The translations under genes were made by a program, and so were the position numbers. A DNA stretch of 64,000 nucleotides, from positions 25,172,001 through 25,236,000 of the forward strand of contig OX597828.1 of the NCBI GenBank assembly GCA_951406725.2. Reading direction: 5' to 3'. The notes below the pieces were generated by a model, which saw only the letters and a program-made list of their open reading frames with translations, made no database searches and was not told where the DNA came from. Source of the DNA: Octopus vulgaris. Its lineage: Eukaryota. How positions within the stretch are numbered: the first letter of the stretch is position 1; every line of letters starts with the position of its first letter. Positions 37,863-51,078 of the stretch are shown one piece after another.

Positions 37863-39751
37863 ATTAAATATATGCCAGTCTTGTTTTTAAAGGTAGCCTA
37901 GTTCTTGATTTTCCCAGCTTCAGTGTTTTATTGAAATTCTGTTACATTGTTGCAAGTAAAAGAAAATCTGTTATAAACTGCATGAATGGTGTTTATATTA
38001 TACTGCAGCTTTATATTACTCTGTTGCATGTAAAAGAAGCTGTTCTGAACAGCATGAATGGTGTTTATGACATATAATGAGTTTTATTTTTGTCTTTTGA
38101 GTTTATTAGAAGGCACTTTACGCAATTTAACACGTCTTCATTTGAAATTCGGTTCGGAAATAAAGAACAATAGCTTCAATTTTACTGGTAGAATCAGGTT
38201 AATTAAAAACATTTAAATAAGTGAATAAATTCAGTCAGTATATTTATTGTTTACAGAATTGATAATGTTAATCTTAATCAATTAGTTTTATTTTCCTGTT
38301 TAGAATCCAACAAGAATGTTCTTTGTGTGAGGTTTGCATACATTTTAATTGCTCTCATTAGCTTGTGTTCAGGTTTTCTTCCTCATGCAATTATTTTCTT
38401 CACGAAGAACCCCACCTAGTTTATAGAGCTAATTAACTTAAGGAATTGATTACTTTTTCACTGGTATTTAACACTAAAAGATATTTATTAAGTATTTCTT
38501 CATGAATTGTTGTAATTCTTGTTTCTCCTATACTTCATTTGAATAGTATTTATTTACTATTTCCTCTTTGATTAATTTATTGGAAGTTATTCTTCATACA
38601 ACTAGTATTTTTTTTTTAATATTCTTAAGTAAAAGTGAACTTCATCGAATGATATTAAGTGAAATAAAAATTGTAGCTATTGTCTTGATGAATTTTTCTT
38701 TTTGTTTTTAAATTAGTATAAAATACTGTTTTAATTGGTTCATATATTTTTGCATTTTTTATTGACCCTCACTTTACTAAATGGTTAGCATACACACATT
38801 TTAGAAGTTATTTCTTTTAATCCCATCATTATTAAAATGGTGCTGCTTTCTTTCAAAGCAGTGGCAGAAATTAATATCTGGAATTTTTTTTTTTAAATAA
38901 AGAGAAGATTGCTTATTTGTGGTATCATCTGTAACTTATGCTCAGATGTAGATGGCTACCTGCATGCCTGTATTCATTGATAGTTTGACTCATTTCTTAC
39001 AACAGAACCAGGAACAATGATTTATTGCATCATTTTGTCATGTCCTTGAAAAAGATGTATTTATATTTTTATCTTTTTGCTTGAACTTATGTAGCCATAT
39101 TTTATGAATTTAAAACTAATACTTTGATATTATTGGTACTTTTTATTGTTCTTTTCTTTTTTTTCAAATATGGAAAACTGTTTTAAGTAAACTTTAATCA
39201 ATTACAATACATCAGGTTTTGCTTTGAACATTGGTAATTGTCAGTTTTGACAAAAGGGAAACATTTATTTTTTGGTTAATGTAAATTAGTTTTATTCCTC
39301 TTTGGCTAATTTTAACTCTTAAATGTCGTGACATTGTTCTTTAGTATTAATGATTTAATTAGGTCAGCATTTTGTTCCTGTACATTTTGAAATGAAGTAG
39401 TCAGATATAATCTCAATTTGCAGTTGAGCTTTCATTTCAATTAAGCTTGCTACTAATCAATTAATTGATTACTATCCAAGTGAATTGTGAAAAAAATATT
39501 CTACTTATTTATTTTTAAAAACCTTCATATTATCTACACCAATTTAGTTGCAAACAATTTGTTCCTGAAGAAGAATTCATTAAAAAAAGAAAGAAAAGCT
39601 TATATACATTTCAGATTGTGTGTGTGTGTGTGTTTTATATTTTGTGCAAGTATTTTAACAGTTTTTAGTATTTTGTAGATGGCTTCATTATAGCTATAGT
39701 GACAAATACAAAACGTGGCACAGTCTGACATTAGTGGCAGAAGCTTGCTTA

Positions 39752-40662
39752 TCTGTATATATAAAAGGCAGGATATGTGTGTGTACATGAATGTAGTTTA
39801 TGCACATCCACAAATTAGCACGCATGTCGCTCAAATTTTAGGAGGACATTCGTCACGACCCTAGCTGTATTTTCGTCAAATTATTTTTCCCCCGAAGGCA
39901 CTCGCGAATAGCGGTAAATAATTTTGAACCATAACTCTTAACAATTTTCATGTCGGAGGAATACACGATCATTTGCAAATATGAGTTAAGTCCCCTTCTA
40001 GCGATGGTGTAAAGAGAGGGAGAGAGAGAGAGAGAGAGATAACAGATTTTAAAAATTTCGTCTTTTTAGTGAGTGATTGACAGGCAAAAACAGACAGGAG
40101 TTGTTATGTGTGTATGTGTGAATGGCTTCAGTCACACACACACACACGAGCATGTATGCGTACAAAACACATGTATGCAATGTGTGTGTGTGTGTGTGTG
40201 TGTTGCCCGTATATATATATATACACAATATAAACGATATTTTCCGTTTCTCCACGACTAATTTCCAAATTAGCTGAATCTATTGCTCTATTCATAGTGA
40301 TATATATTGCTGGTCATGCGTGAACATGGGCGAGAGCAGAGGTTAATAGAGCAAAAGACCTACGTGTTGACTATAGACATGCTCCTTCACAAACGATCAG
40401 CTATTATTTTGTAAACAATGTTTTGAAACTGTTTATGTTTTCAAAAGGAGAGATCTGACTCTTACATCTCTGTGGGAGAAGGTAGGCTTCTCTATTCCTC
40501 TTACAAAACTTACGTCTGGGTGCCAAATTTGCTTCAATTGATGGTATTACTCGGGTAGGAGGAGGTGGTGGGACGGGCAGGGGCAAAGGCGTGCAAAAAC
40601 ATGTATGCAATAGGTGCATGTACGTATATGTTTGTATGTGTGTGTGTGTGTGTGTGTCATGC

Positions 40663-40703
<41 letters not shown>

Positions 40704-41392
40704 CTTAGTTGTGATCTGAACATAACCACTTCTCACACAGAGGATTGGGGGCCCTTTTGGGCGTTCTGTTTTCCTTGCTGGAAGGGTTCCCAACCCATGG
40801 GCAAAGTGGGGTTATATGATGAGGCTGGTGTTTCCAAAAGGGTTGGCATATGCAACCTGATCACCTCTGCTGATCAGACTCCCAACCCATGCGCTTCCGC
40901 CGCGAAAGTGATTCTGCAGAACTGGGTTGGATATGCAAACCAGCTTTAAAGTATAAATATAGATGTATTTGAATCAGCAATGTTCAGTTAAGTCCTATTT
41001 GGGGTGAAAAATCAATAAACTGATTCCTTATAGGACTTCCCACTAAAATTGGCTACACCCCATTTTCAACCATAACATCTACCAATTTTGATGTGTTTTG
41101 TTCAAACTTGATGCCAGCATTACTTAGGACTCATGGGATCTTTGAATGCTTTAAGTTCTCCAAAAACGAAAAAAAAAAAAAAAACAATTGACGAGTGGAA
41201 AAAATCGATAAACCGATTCCTTATGGGATTTCCCAATCAAATTGTCTGCAAAATTTCAGCCAAAAGTTTACCAATTTCAACGGATTTCACTCAGATTTGA
41301 CGTCGATGTTACTTAGTTTGCTTTGAAATAAAGATCTTGATTAGCTTAATAATCCTAACTTAATCCTGAGCAAAGCCGGGCTATACTGCTAG
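39752..41392 (+). mobile_element. Non-autonomous Helitron (~1.64 kb) with internal duplication and captured sequence
   Basis: 5' end a|TCTGTATATATAAAAG. 3' hairpin cctgagcaaagccggg followed by CTAG|t, an A|T insertion site. Duplicated unit at ~41000-41150 and ~41195-41320. Confidence 0.8.
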
Positions 41393-41399
41393 TCAACAT

Positions 41400-41733
41400 T
41401 ATTTGTTTATAAAGAATAAAAAGTTTTGAATGGTACAACAATGCACTATAATACAAACAATAGGCTATATACCTGTTGTAATTTAGTCATCCATAGTGTG
41501 ATATATTTCAGAATGATATTCCTTCTTCAGATATTCTTAGAATGAGTTGCTGCTATAATCGGTTTTCCAACTGATTTTAGCAGCAACTCCGTCTAAGAAT
41601 ATCTGAAGAAAGAATTTTATTCTGAAATATCATCAGACTATGGATAACTGAATTACAACAGGTATATAGCCTATTGTTTATATTATAGTGCATTGTTGTA
41701 CCATTCAAAACTTTTTATTCTTTACAAACAATA
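41400..41733. repeat. ~334-bp near-perfect palindrome with a hammerhead-like core in each arm
   Basis: Arms pair up to a 4-nt loop (ttcc 41565-68). CTGAAGA-a-stemII-GAAA-tat..TC at 41603-41634 (+), mirrored at ~41500-41530 (-). Confidence 0.9.
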
Positions 41734-42409
41734 CACAGTGCTTCAAGTGAACTACAATACTCTCTTATTTGTTTAGTTTATATGGTTAAGACTCTGGGGA
41801 GAGGATACCGTGTTTCAGTGTTCCCAATGTGTCAGCATAATTCAAATGTTGGTTTATTAGTGAAAGTAGAATTAGAAAACTAAAAACCATGAAATTTCTA
41901 TGTGTTCAAGAGACAAATTAAATGTTTCAATAATCTTCATGGTTGCAAAATGAATGAAGATAGATATTTCCAGTTGGAAATTGAAATCAAATTTCAAACT
42001 CTGCTTGCTGGGAAGCTTATTTCGCACATTCTCATTCATTATTTATTCTTCTTCTATGTTGTTATATCTTACATTAATTGATGTCAGTATTGTTCCCACC
42101 AGTGCATAGCTTATGTATGGTGCAAACATAAAGTAAGCAATGTTTAACCGAACCAAATTGTCTTTTGAAAACAAGTCAGCCAGTTTCACCTTTCAGTAAC
42201 TCATATGCATTGTACAATCTATTTTTGTTTTGACCATGCACTCTGCATGCATGCTAACAAACTTAATAGGTGAACCATTTTCAAAAATGGTACCTAATAG
42301 GCAAAAGTGACCATCAGATTTAGTTGGTCATGCTCTCTCATAATTGCAGTTCTATAGCCATCCTTTTATCGTTTATTTTATCATCTCTTTCACAACGATG
42401 GTGCTTGTA

Positions 42410-42600
42410 ATATTGGTTTCAAAATTTGACACAAGGTCATTGACCCCCAGTTTTCAGCTGATACTTATTTTGTTAACCCTGAAAGGATGAAAGGTAAAGT
42501 TGACCATGGCGGAATTTAAACTGAGAATGTAAAGACATGAAATGCTGCTAAACTTTTTGCCCTACGTGCTAATGATTCTGTCAGTTTGATACCTCTATGA
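42410..42600 (-). mobile_element. Degenerate Meta-like SINE (tail type A)
   Basis: tttcaaaattt..gaaaggatgaaaggtaaagttgacc..gctaatgattctgtcag. Confidence 0.7.
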
Positions 42601-43149
42601 TGCTTGTAATATTCGTAAATAGAACCATTGTTCATTAACTCATAGTGCAAAGTTGAGTTAAGAAATCCTATTCATCACATCTTGTTATGAGAATTGTGTG
42701 TCATTTGTAGATATGAATTGAAAGTTACTATAAATGTGCAACCTTAATATTTGTGAGGTCATTTCAAATCATTACATGATGGTTGGTTTTTCAGATATTT
42801 TCGTGGAATCACAGACTAAGTATATTGCTGTTTAGCCCTAATCAGATCTGAATGAGCAGACCTGTTTTCATAAATATTTCAGCACTAACCATTTTTCTGC
42901 CTTTTTAGTAGAGTCTAGGTTTACATTATGTAATGTGTTCTTTGCATTTTGAGATGATAGGGTGTTAGTTGAAGGAGTTTTAACTAATGAAAATGGATGG
43001 TAATGAATAAAAAATGTGCTGTGAACTTGGCTTCATTGTAGTTGAGACAATGGTAGACAAAGATTTGAATGTTTTGGATATGGTCATTTTGAATAATTAT
43101 CAAAGATCAAGAGTCAAACTAATAGAAATTATGATATAATTGGCTCATT

Positions 43150-44065
43150 TACAAGTGTTAAGTTGGAAATTAGGCAGGTCCATGCTAACCAGCCATATTG
43201 TAGGGTGCTGGATGGAAGGACCAGATAAATTGCTTGGGATCTGATTTGGTCCAGACCTCCAGGTGGACAAGAACTGAGGAGAAGTGACCAGTCTCATCCA
43301 GAAATGGGCAGAGAGAAAGCATTCTCTGAAGAGTCAGGCAGAGGTGGTGAATATATACATCACTGTTCTACATGCACTTGTCTTGTGTCTGGGCATTACT
43401 GACTTGTGGAGCTTTGTTGAACAGCTGTGTAGGACAGATCTGGTTATCAGCCAAGTCCATCAGGAAGATTGCTCCACCACCGTCCTTTTGGCTGGGAAGG
43501 GAAGGCAGTTTTTTTGTGTCTGGTGGCTATTGTGGTGGATGAAGTTGAAAGGACTGAAGACAGATATTTCTTCTTTGGCCAAGCCCTCATTGACTTTTCC
43601 AAATTCTACTTGAGAAGGAAAATGAGGATGGAGAGGGAAGTACTGCACCCCACCTTCAGTATTTTTGTTGAAAAGCAGGTTAATGTGGCGAAGATGGCCT
43701 ACTTGAATGGGCCTACTGTGAACATATGCTTGTAAGCTGGAGGAGGAGTTGAGAAAGTGAGAGGCACTTGCCTGATGGTCTGGACTGCCAGAATGTGTGG
43801 GGTTCCTCAGTTGTCTCTGGGTGAGACTCACTATTTTTGAGGGATTATATTGTTGATTGTTCTTGTTTCAATTTTGCCGTAAGCTATTCATTTCCTTATA
43901 TCTTTACTTACTACTTCTCTGTGAACCATACTTCATCATTGTTACATGTGTTTTCTATGCTGGAATTTGTTACACACACACTCTGGCTTAAGTCGTTTTT
44001 ATTTAAGTCATTCACAATTATACGTTGGTTTTGGAAAATGATATATAGAAAAATAAAAATCAAGT
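43150..44065 (+). mobile_element. L1/Tx1-type LINE remnant with large internal deletion
   Basis: IQKWAERKHSLKSQAEVVNIYI is joined directly to TVLHALVLC..DLW. 43360-43800 is homologous to the reverse complement of 35600-36070. Confidence 0.75.
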
Positions 44066-44299
44066 AATTTTACTCGACTTTATGTCTTTCTGCCACAGAT
44101 TTTGGAAGCATAAAATCACTAGAAAACTGTTAAGAACACATAAAATCATGTTACTGTACAATAAATAAGAATAAAAGCATATAACATCATATTAAAATAT
44201 GTACAGTAAACGTTAAGATACACACCATAAAGTAGTGTAGCTTAGTGAATGAAATCATGAAATCAGCTGTGTTGTCTTATTTATTGGTCTTTCAGAGCT

Positions 44300-45557
44300 T
44301 ATATTGCACTATAGTTTCAATATCTACTGTTAGGCGGCGGCGTCACTCATGATTCCTGCGATTGTTTTGAATTGAGAATTGTTTCAGCCTCTTTCTCATT
44401 CTCATTCATTTGTGACTTTAATTTTTGCCCCCATGGCTCCTAAGAAAATTCATAGAGAAAGTGCTAAGCCTCATGCTATAATGCTGGAAGATAAAATGGC
44501 TATGATAAAACACCATGAAAAAAGTGAAAAAGTGGTAGCAATTGCTCGATCTTTTTTGGATTTCACAGATTTATTTGAAAAAGACAAGCAGCTCCTGAGA
44601 AATGAGGATTTGATAGAGCTTCATGAGCTGCAAAATAAAGAAGAGGAAGGCATTTGCATATATCAAAAAAGGCCTTTCTATGTTAGAGGATATGGATCCA
44701 AATGCTCAACGCTTTTCCAAGATTATGGGGGCTTGTCACGAAGCTTTTGCTCCTTATAATGTAACCCTTGGGAAAAAGAAAACAATTCAAGGAACTCTCA
44801 ACCGGTTTTTAAAGTGCATTGAACAACAAGAACAGCCAGTCAGCTGTTGATGTTGACAATCCACAACTATCTACATCCACGATGTAAACCACCTAATTGT
44901 ATGTACGTATTGATAAATTTGAAATAATTTAGTTTTTTTTACTATTGCAAAATAATAATAATTACTGAATTTGTTTTTTAAGCTTAAGAAAGGCTTTTAT
45001 TTTGCCATGTCATATTGCAAACCACATTCATAAATAGAGCATCCGTGATGTACCGTAAACACCGTCAAATTGTATTCATAAATTTACACGACTTTTTTTT
45101 TTACTGTACTGTATTAACCCTTTAGCGTTCAGATTATTCTATCAAACATAATGCCTATTGATTCCCATTGATTTGTATTAATTATGCATTATCTCATATC
45201 TTCAAGATCTTGATGGTGTAATTACTTAATGTAGAATAACATTGTAGGGTAGGTGTGAGAGCCTGGATCTGGTCAGTTTGAACATAAAACAGATTAGCTA
45301 TTTTGGCCGGATATGGCTGGTTTAAATACTAAAGGGTTAAAAAAAAAATTCTTTGTTTGTAAGCATAAAATAGGTTTTTATTAACTATGTATTATTGGGA
45401 ATGTATTCATAATTAAAGTACAGAACTGGGAACGGTTATTTTCGGTTTAGCCTAGAGACAAGTAAATTCAGCCTAGCCTAGCCTGAAGACAAGTTAATTC
45501 GTCTTTAGAAGTCGTGTCTCCTGGAACCAATTAACGATATACGGTGAGGTATGCCTG
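44300..45557 (+). mobile_element. Internally deleted Tigger/pogo DNA transposon; left end not located
   Basis: MAPKK..IMLEDKMAMIKHHEKSEKVVAIARS (psq-type HTH) fused to a Tigger-like C-terminus (NEDLIEL, EDMDPNAQRF, IQGTLNRFLK). Right TIR gaggtatgcctg|TA. Confidence 0.8.
45118..45336. mobile_element. piggyBac-type MITE nested in the Tigger remnant
   Basis: TTAA|CCCTTTAG ... CTAAAGGG|TTAA. Confidence 0.88.
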
Positions 45558-48084
45558 TATATAACCTTCAGCATAATAGCAGTGAGTGTATTTCACTAGC
45601 TTTAGTAGCTTCCAAGTGATAAAAGGTTTTTTTTTTCTCATTTCTCTTTTTCTTTCATTGCTGATGTAATTTTGCTGGCATATATTGCTTCAAGTTTTCT
45701 GGTTTAGGGATTAGAAAATAATTATTATGCAATACAATGAAAAATATTGCAATAATAGGAAAATATTGACCATTATTTGAGTTTAGGTGAGGTATTTAGA
45801 GATCTTCAATTTATTTTTAGTCTTTGACTTGTGCTTTTTTTATCTGTTATAATAGACAGATATACTGATACACACACATACTGTCCAGTCCCTTATAGTT
45901 CACTGTGGTTTCTATCATACATACACATATAAGTTTTTCGTTAGGTATAGACAGTCTGATAAATGTTAGTATATGTGAGATGAGGTACTCATCTGTGATC
46001 TTTAGCTACTATTTTTGAATAAATAAATATGTGTATCCTCTTATATTTTACTGGTTTCATTTATTGGACTGCAGCCAAGCTGAGGCACCCCTTAAAGGGT
46101 TTTAGTCAATCTGATTTGATCCAGTATATATTTCAAACTGTTATTATTTTATCAGACTTAGTCGATTGTCTAAGTTTTATGATAGAACTGGCATATTATT
46201 ACTGTAAGGCATGCTTGCGTATTCCCAATACACTTGTAAGACAGAAGGTATCCAGCTACATGACGTATATGAACACCAGCCAATGGAAAGCAGATATAAA
46301 ACAACATAGTAGATAGAGAGTCTGATCCCACTGTCGGGTATTTCAGTAACTGTCTTCTACTATAGCCTTGAGTTGGCCAGTACCTTGTGAGGGGAATTTA
46401 GTTTGATTGAAGCTGTGGAAAAGACCATCACACGCGTGTGCATGTATGTGTGTTTGTATTTATATGTTTGGCACAACACAAGTAAGTTGTGTTGTTTCAA
46501 AAAGTATAATGTAGTGAGCAGACAGATACCAATAAGATACATACCGCATTGAAATAAGTAATAGTGCTCCAACATGGCCATAGTGCAGTGTTTGAAATCC
46601 ATTAAAAATATGTATACATGAATGTATATTCACTCATGAACACTTGTGTTATTCTTGTTAGAATGTGAGTGCGTATGTGCACATGATGATAAATGCTACA
46701 AATAACGAAACCTATGACCTTCACTAACATGATGAAATTAAGTGCATAGAAGTATTGGTTCTACAAAAAGTTGTAATTGTGTAAGATATTGATTTAGAAT
46801 ACAAAGAATGAAGGTTTGGGTGTAATCTTTAGAAAAATGTATTGGGCTGTGAACTTTTTTTTGGAAAAAAAATCAATCATCTGTAATTTAGCTGCAGACA
46901 TTTTTATCCAACAGATACAATCTTAACTTAGTGCTTATTTGATTCTGTTTTGCTATCCAATCACATTTTTGATGAAACCATAACCTTGGCAGTTGATGTG
47001 AATAGGTAGCAACAAACATAGTGAGAGAGATTGATAGATGGCTAGCCAGCTTGAGTTAAAAAACAACTAAAAAAGAATCAATGATTATATGTAAACATTT
47101 AAGAGAAAGGCAAGAAAACATTTTCTTGTATTATTTTTGCAGTTCTTGTATTTAGTATGAATAGTTGCCAATGAAGCTTATAAACTTATTTATAATAGTG
47201 AATTGTTTGCAATGTCATATTCAAGATTTGATCCTCTTATAGTTGTTCTTTATTTATTTACAGAGAATAAACAAAAAAATATATCTTGTGGTGGCAGTGG
47301 GAAATCAGTTTATGAATTAAATATTTTTGTTAGGAACATTTTTAATGTATAATTCTTAATATTTTATATATTTTCACTAAGTAATTGAAAGTTAAGTCAG
47401 CAGAAAGAATGGTGCACCAAATTAGATTTCTTTGCAATATTGTGTCCCATCTGCCTACATTTAGAGTTCAGATGCTACCTTTCATCTTATTTGTGGTTGG
47501 TGATACACTAGTATCAACAATGCAGTGGGATCAATTTTATAAGCAGTGAAAATTGTTGTTGTCTCTCTAGTCAGGAGAAATCAATTTTTTTTTTTGTATT
47601 AAGTGGAAAATATAATTTTTCTATCATTTTAACGTGTAAAGTTAAACCTGTGTAATTATTTTTGTTGCAGTAGAGATAAAAATAGATACACAACGAGAGA
47701 GATTGTAATGATAAGAGATGTCTATTGACCTAGACATGAATTCAGCTTTAATTAAGTTGCAGTGTAAAGTCTACATACCAGACTATCATTTATTAGTAGC
47801 AGGATTCAGTGAAGAAGAGACAAGGTTTAAGATTATTGATAATTTGATATTGGAATCGTAAAGTTGCCATATTACTACTGTGTATCATACTGGAATATTT
47901 CTATAGCCAAAGACTGCTTAACATGACTCATGCCTCACGATTTTCTCACTTTAGACTCAGTTCATATTTAACTTTTCAGTTTCATATTGTGTGACAGGGA
48001 TCAGCAACTTCTTTTCATATTAGCCCACTTTTCTTGTCACATTTCCCCATGGTTCCTATTGTACCAGGATCCCCCCCCCCCCCC

Positions 48085-48375
48085 CCCGATCCCTTATCTG
48101 GTGGTCAATGCAGAAACTAGAGATAGATGAATGGTAGGTGAGTGGTACAAGCCATGTACAGGGATACTGTCAGTAAGGTGAGGGTTGCTGAGTATAGCAG
48201 TGAATTCAGTGTACAGGCAGAAGTTCACCAAGGATCAGTCTTCAGCTCCCACTCTTGTTCATCATAGTCCTCCAGGCTATAACAGAGGAATTTAAGATGG
48301 ACTTCCCTCGAGAGCTCCTCTATGCTAATGACTTTGTTCTTATAGCATAGAAAACAGACGTTTAAACAATGATGA
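48085..48375 (+). mobile_element. RTE RT fragment fused directly to the RTE terminal tail
   Basis: LIWWSMQKL..VHQGSV..LFIIVLQAI..ELLYANDFVLIA, then tagcatagaaaacagacgtttaaacaatgatgat. Confidence 0.8.
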
Positions 48376-49269
48376 TTGCATTGTTCAATTAAATGGAGCC
48401 GCTTGAAACGGTCGTACTGCATCACCTCTTGCTATCCTGTTGCTTTCATGAAGTACTGACTTTGAACAATAGTTGTACTACAATGATTAAAGCTTATTAA
48501 TCTAATTTAGTCCACAATCATATTTCCACTGTGTATGTGCACACACATACACACAGCACACAAACACAGATTGAGGATTCAGCAGCTAGCTATTTAGATT
48601 TTGATTATATAAATATCGATAAAGTTTTAAGCAAATTTTTTATTTTCTCTCTTAGCTTAGTTAGCATTTAATGTCTTAGCATTTCATCACAGACGTATTT
48701 ATAGATTTAAAAAAAAATTTCTGCTAATAAAATTTTCTGTTTTAAAAGTTTTGTAATCTGATAAATTACTTGTTCTCATAGAAAATACGAGCAATTCCCT
48801 CGATTTGTCTTTTCACCAAATCTCACCATACTTGGTAATGATTATTCTCTCTTTCTTTTCGTCTGTTTATTTCTCACTGGGTTGTTGATTTGTTATACAT
48901 TTTTACTTTTAAAGCTTGAGTTAAAAATTCAAATAGAATTTACAGTTTAATACAGTTTTATTTTGTTACTTAAAACTTAATTGTGCTTACACTAACTGTG
49001 CTGAAAGAATTTGATTTGCAAGTGTCACTCACTGCTACTAGCTGAGTTCTGCTTAGCGAGTCCTGGTCTATGAATTTACTGTTGCTGTGTACGGCATACA
49101 CAAGTCACTCTTAAATATTGCATCACATGCTTTAACACAAAGCTGCAGAAAATGAAACACCTTATGAGTCTGACATTAAATTGTGTATATATGAATGTAC
49201 TGTGATTAAGCAGCAGGGAGGAAAATCTCAGCAGCTTTACTGTTTAAAAGTGATAATATAATGTTATTG

Positions 49270-49501
49270 ATTGATGATGATGATGATACTACTACTACTA
49301 CTACTACTACTACCCCCCCACCACTACTACTACCACCACCTCTACTACTACTACTACCACTACTACAATTACCACCACTACTACTACTACCACCACCACT
49401 ACTACCACCACCACCACTACTACTATTACAACTACCACTACTACTACCACCACCACCACCACCACCACTACTACTACTATTACTACTACTACTACCACCA
49501 T

Positions 49502-49531
<30 letters not shown>
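49270..49531. repeat. (CTA)n/(CCA)n compound trinucleotide repeat
   Basis: Directly visible. It produces poly-H/Y, P/L and V ORFs. Confidence 0.95.
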
Positions 49532-49532
<1 letters not shown>

Positions 49533-49764
49533 CTGTGATAGGTAGTAGTTCTGGTATAAAATCTGATTATTTCTCTCTACATTTGTAACAAATCAAATAC
49601 TTAGTTTCTTAGAGATCCCGGACATTTAACCGGCAGAAATAATATACATGGGTTGGGAGTTGCATTTTTATTTCTGTGGCAAATGAAATACATATTTATT
49701 ATTGTTCTTTTTAACTCTGGTTTTGTTGGAACTCCTGGAGTCTTACATGTGTAGCAGGCTTGCT

Positions 49765-51078
49765 GCTTGCAGCCTTTGACCTTGCTTTCATCTTTTCGGG
49801 GTTGGGTTGATAAAATAAGTACCAGTTGGATACTGGGGTTGATATAATCAATTTAGCCCCTCTCCCAAAATTGCTGGCCTGCACCAAAATTTGAAATTGT
49901 TATTATTATTATTATTATTAAGGTGGCAAGCTGGCAGAATTATTAGTACACTGGACGAAATGCTCAGAGGTATTTTGCTCATTTCTGTGTTTTGAGATCA
50001 AATTTCACCGAGGTCAACTTTGCTTTTCTTCTTTTCGGGGTCAATAAAATAAGTACCAGTTGAGTACTGGGGGTTGATGTAATTGACTGATCTCCACCTC
50101 TCCCAAGCTGCCCTTGTGGCAAAAATTTGAAATAATTTTTATTAATAAGGTGGCGCGCTGGCGCAATCATTACCATGCTGGACAACATGCTTAGCGGTAT
50201 TTTGCCCATCGCTATGTTCTGAGTTCAAATTCTGCCAAGGTTGGCTTTGCATTTCATCCTTTTGGGGGTCAGTAAATTAAGTACCAGTGAAACACTGGGG
50301 TTGATGTAATCGACCAGTCCCCTCCCCACAAATCTGAGGCCTTGTGCCTCTAGTAGAAAAGATTATTATTATCATCATCATCATGGCAAGCTGGCAGAAT
50401 CAGTAGGACACCAAACAAAATTCTTAGCAGCATTTATTTCATCCATCTATATATTCTGAGTTCAGGTTGACTTTGCTTTTCACCCTTTTGAAGTCTATGA
50501 AATAAGTACCAGTTGAGCACTGGAGTCAGTGTAGTCAACTTACCCACTTCCCTGAACTTTCTGACCTTGTGCTAAAATTTGAAATCATTATTATTGTTAT
50601 TATTATTATTGCTGTGAGCTGGTTGGATCATTAGCACACTGGACAAAATGCTTAGTGGTATTTCATCTGTCTTTGTTCTGAGTTCAAACACTGCCAAACT
50701 TAACTTTGCCTTACCTCCTTGTGAGATTGATGAATAAGTACCAGTAGAGCACTTTGGCAAAGTAATTGACAAGCCCCCCCCCCCTGCAAAATTTCAGGCC
50801 TTGTACCTAATGTAGAAGGGATTATTATTATTGTAAAGATGGTGAGCAGGCAGAGTTGTTAGCATGCTGGATAACATGTTTTGCAGAATTTCTTCACTTT
50901 TTTATGTCTGAGTTCAAATTCTGCTGTGGTAAACTTTGGTAAACTGTGGTAAACTTTTCAACCATTCTAAGTTGACAAAATGAGTAACAGTCAAGCACTG
51001 GGGTTGATGTAATCAACTATCTCCCTTCACCAAAATTTCAGGCCTTGTACCTCCAGTGCAGAGGATTATTATTGTTAT
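49765..51078 (+). mobile_element. Head-to-tail array of six Meta-like SINEs separated by (TTA)n/(TCA)n
   Basis: Units start at about 49765 (partial), 49921, 50148, 50383, 50611 and 50837, each with the core ..agta(c/a)cag..actgggg.. (degenerate in places). Tail order is A, A, B, A, B, B. Confidence 0.88.

Noticed and set aside
37949-38068. ~48-bp direct repeat with ~74-bp period
   Set aside because: A two-copy diverged local duplication with no further structure.
49261-49588. His/Tyr-rich or Pro/Leu-rich protein ORFs
   Set aside because: Pure (CTA/CCA)n microsatellite that is open in several frames, with no splice or coding context.
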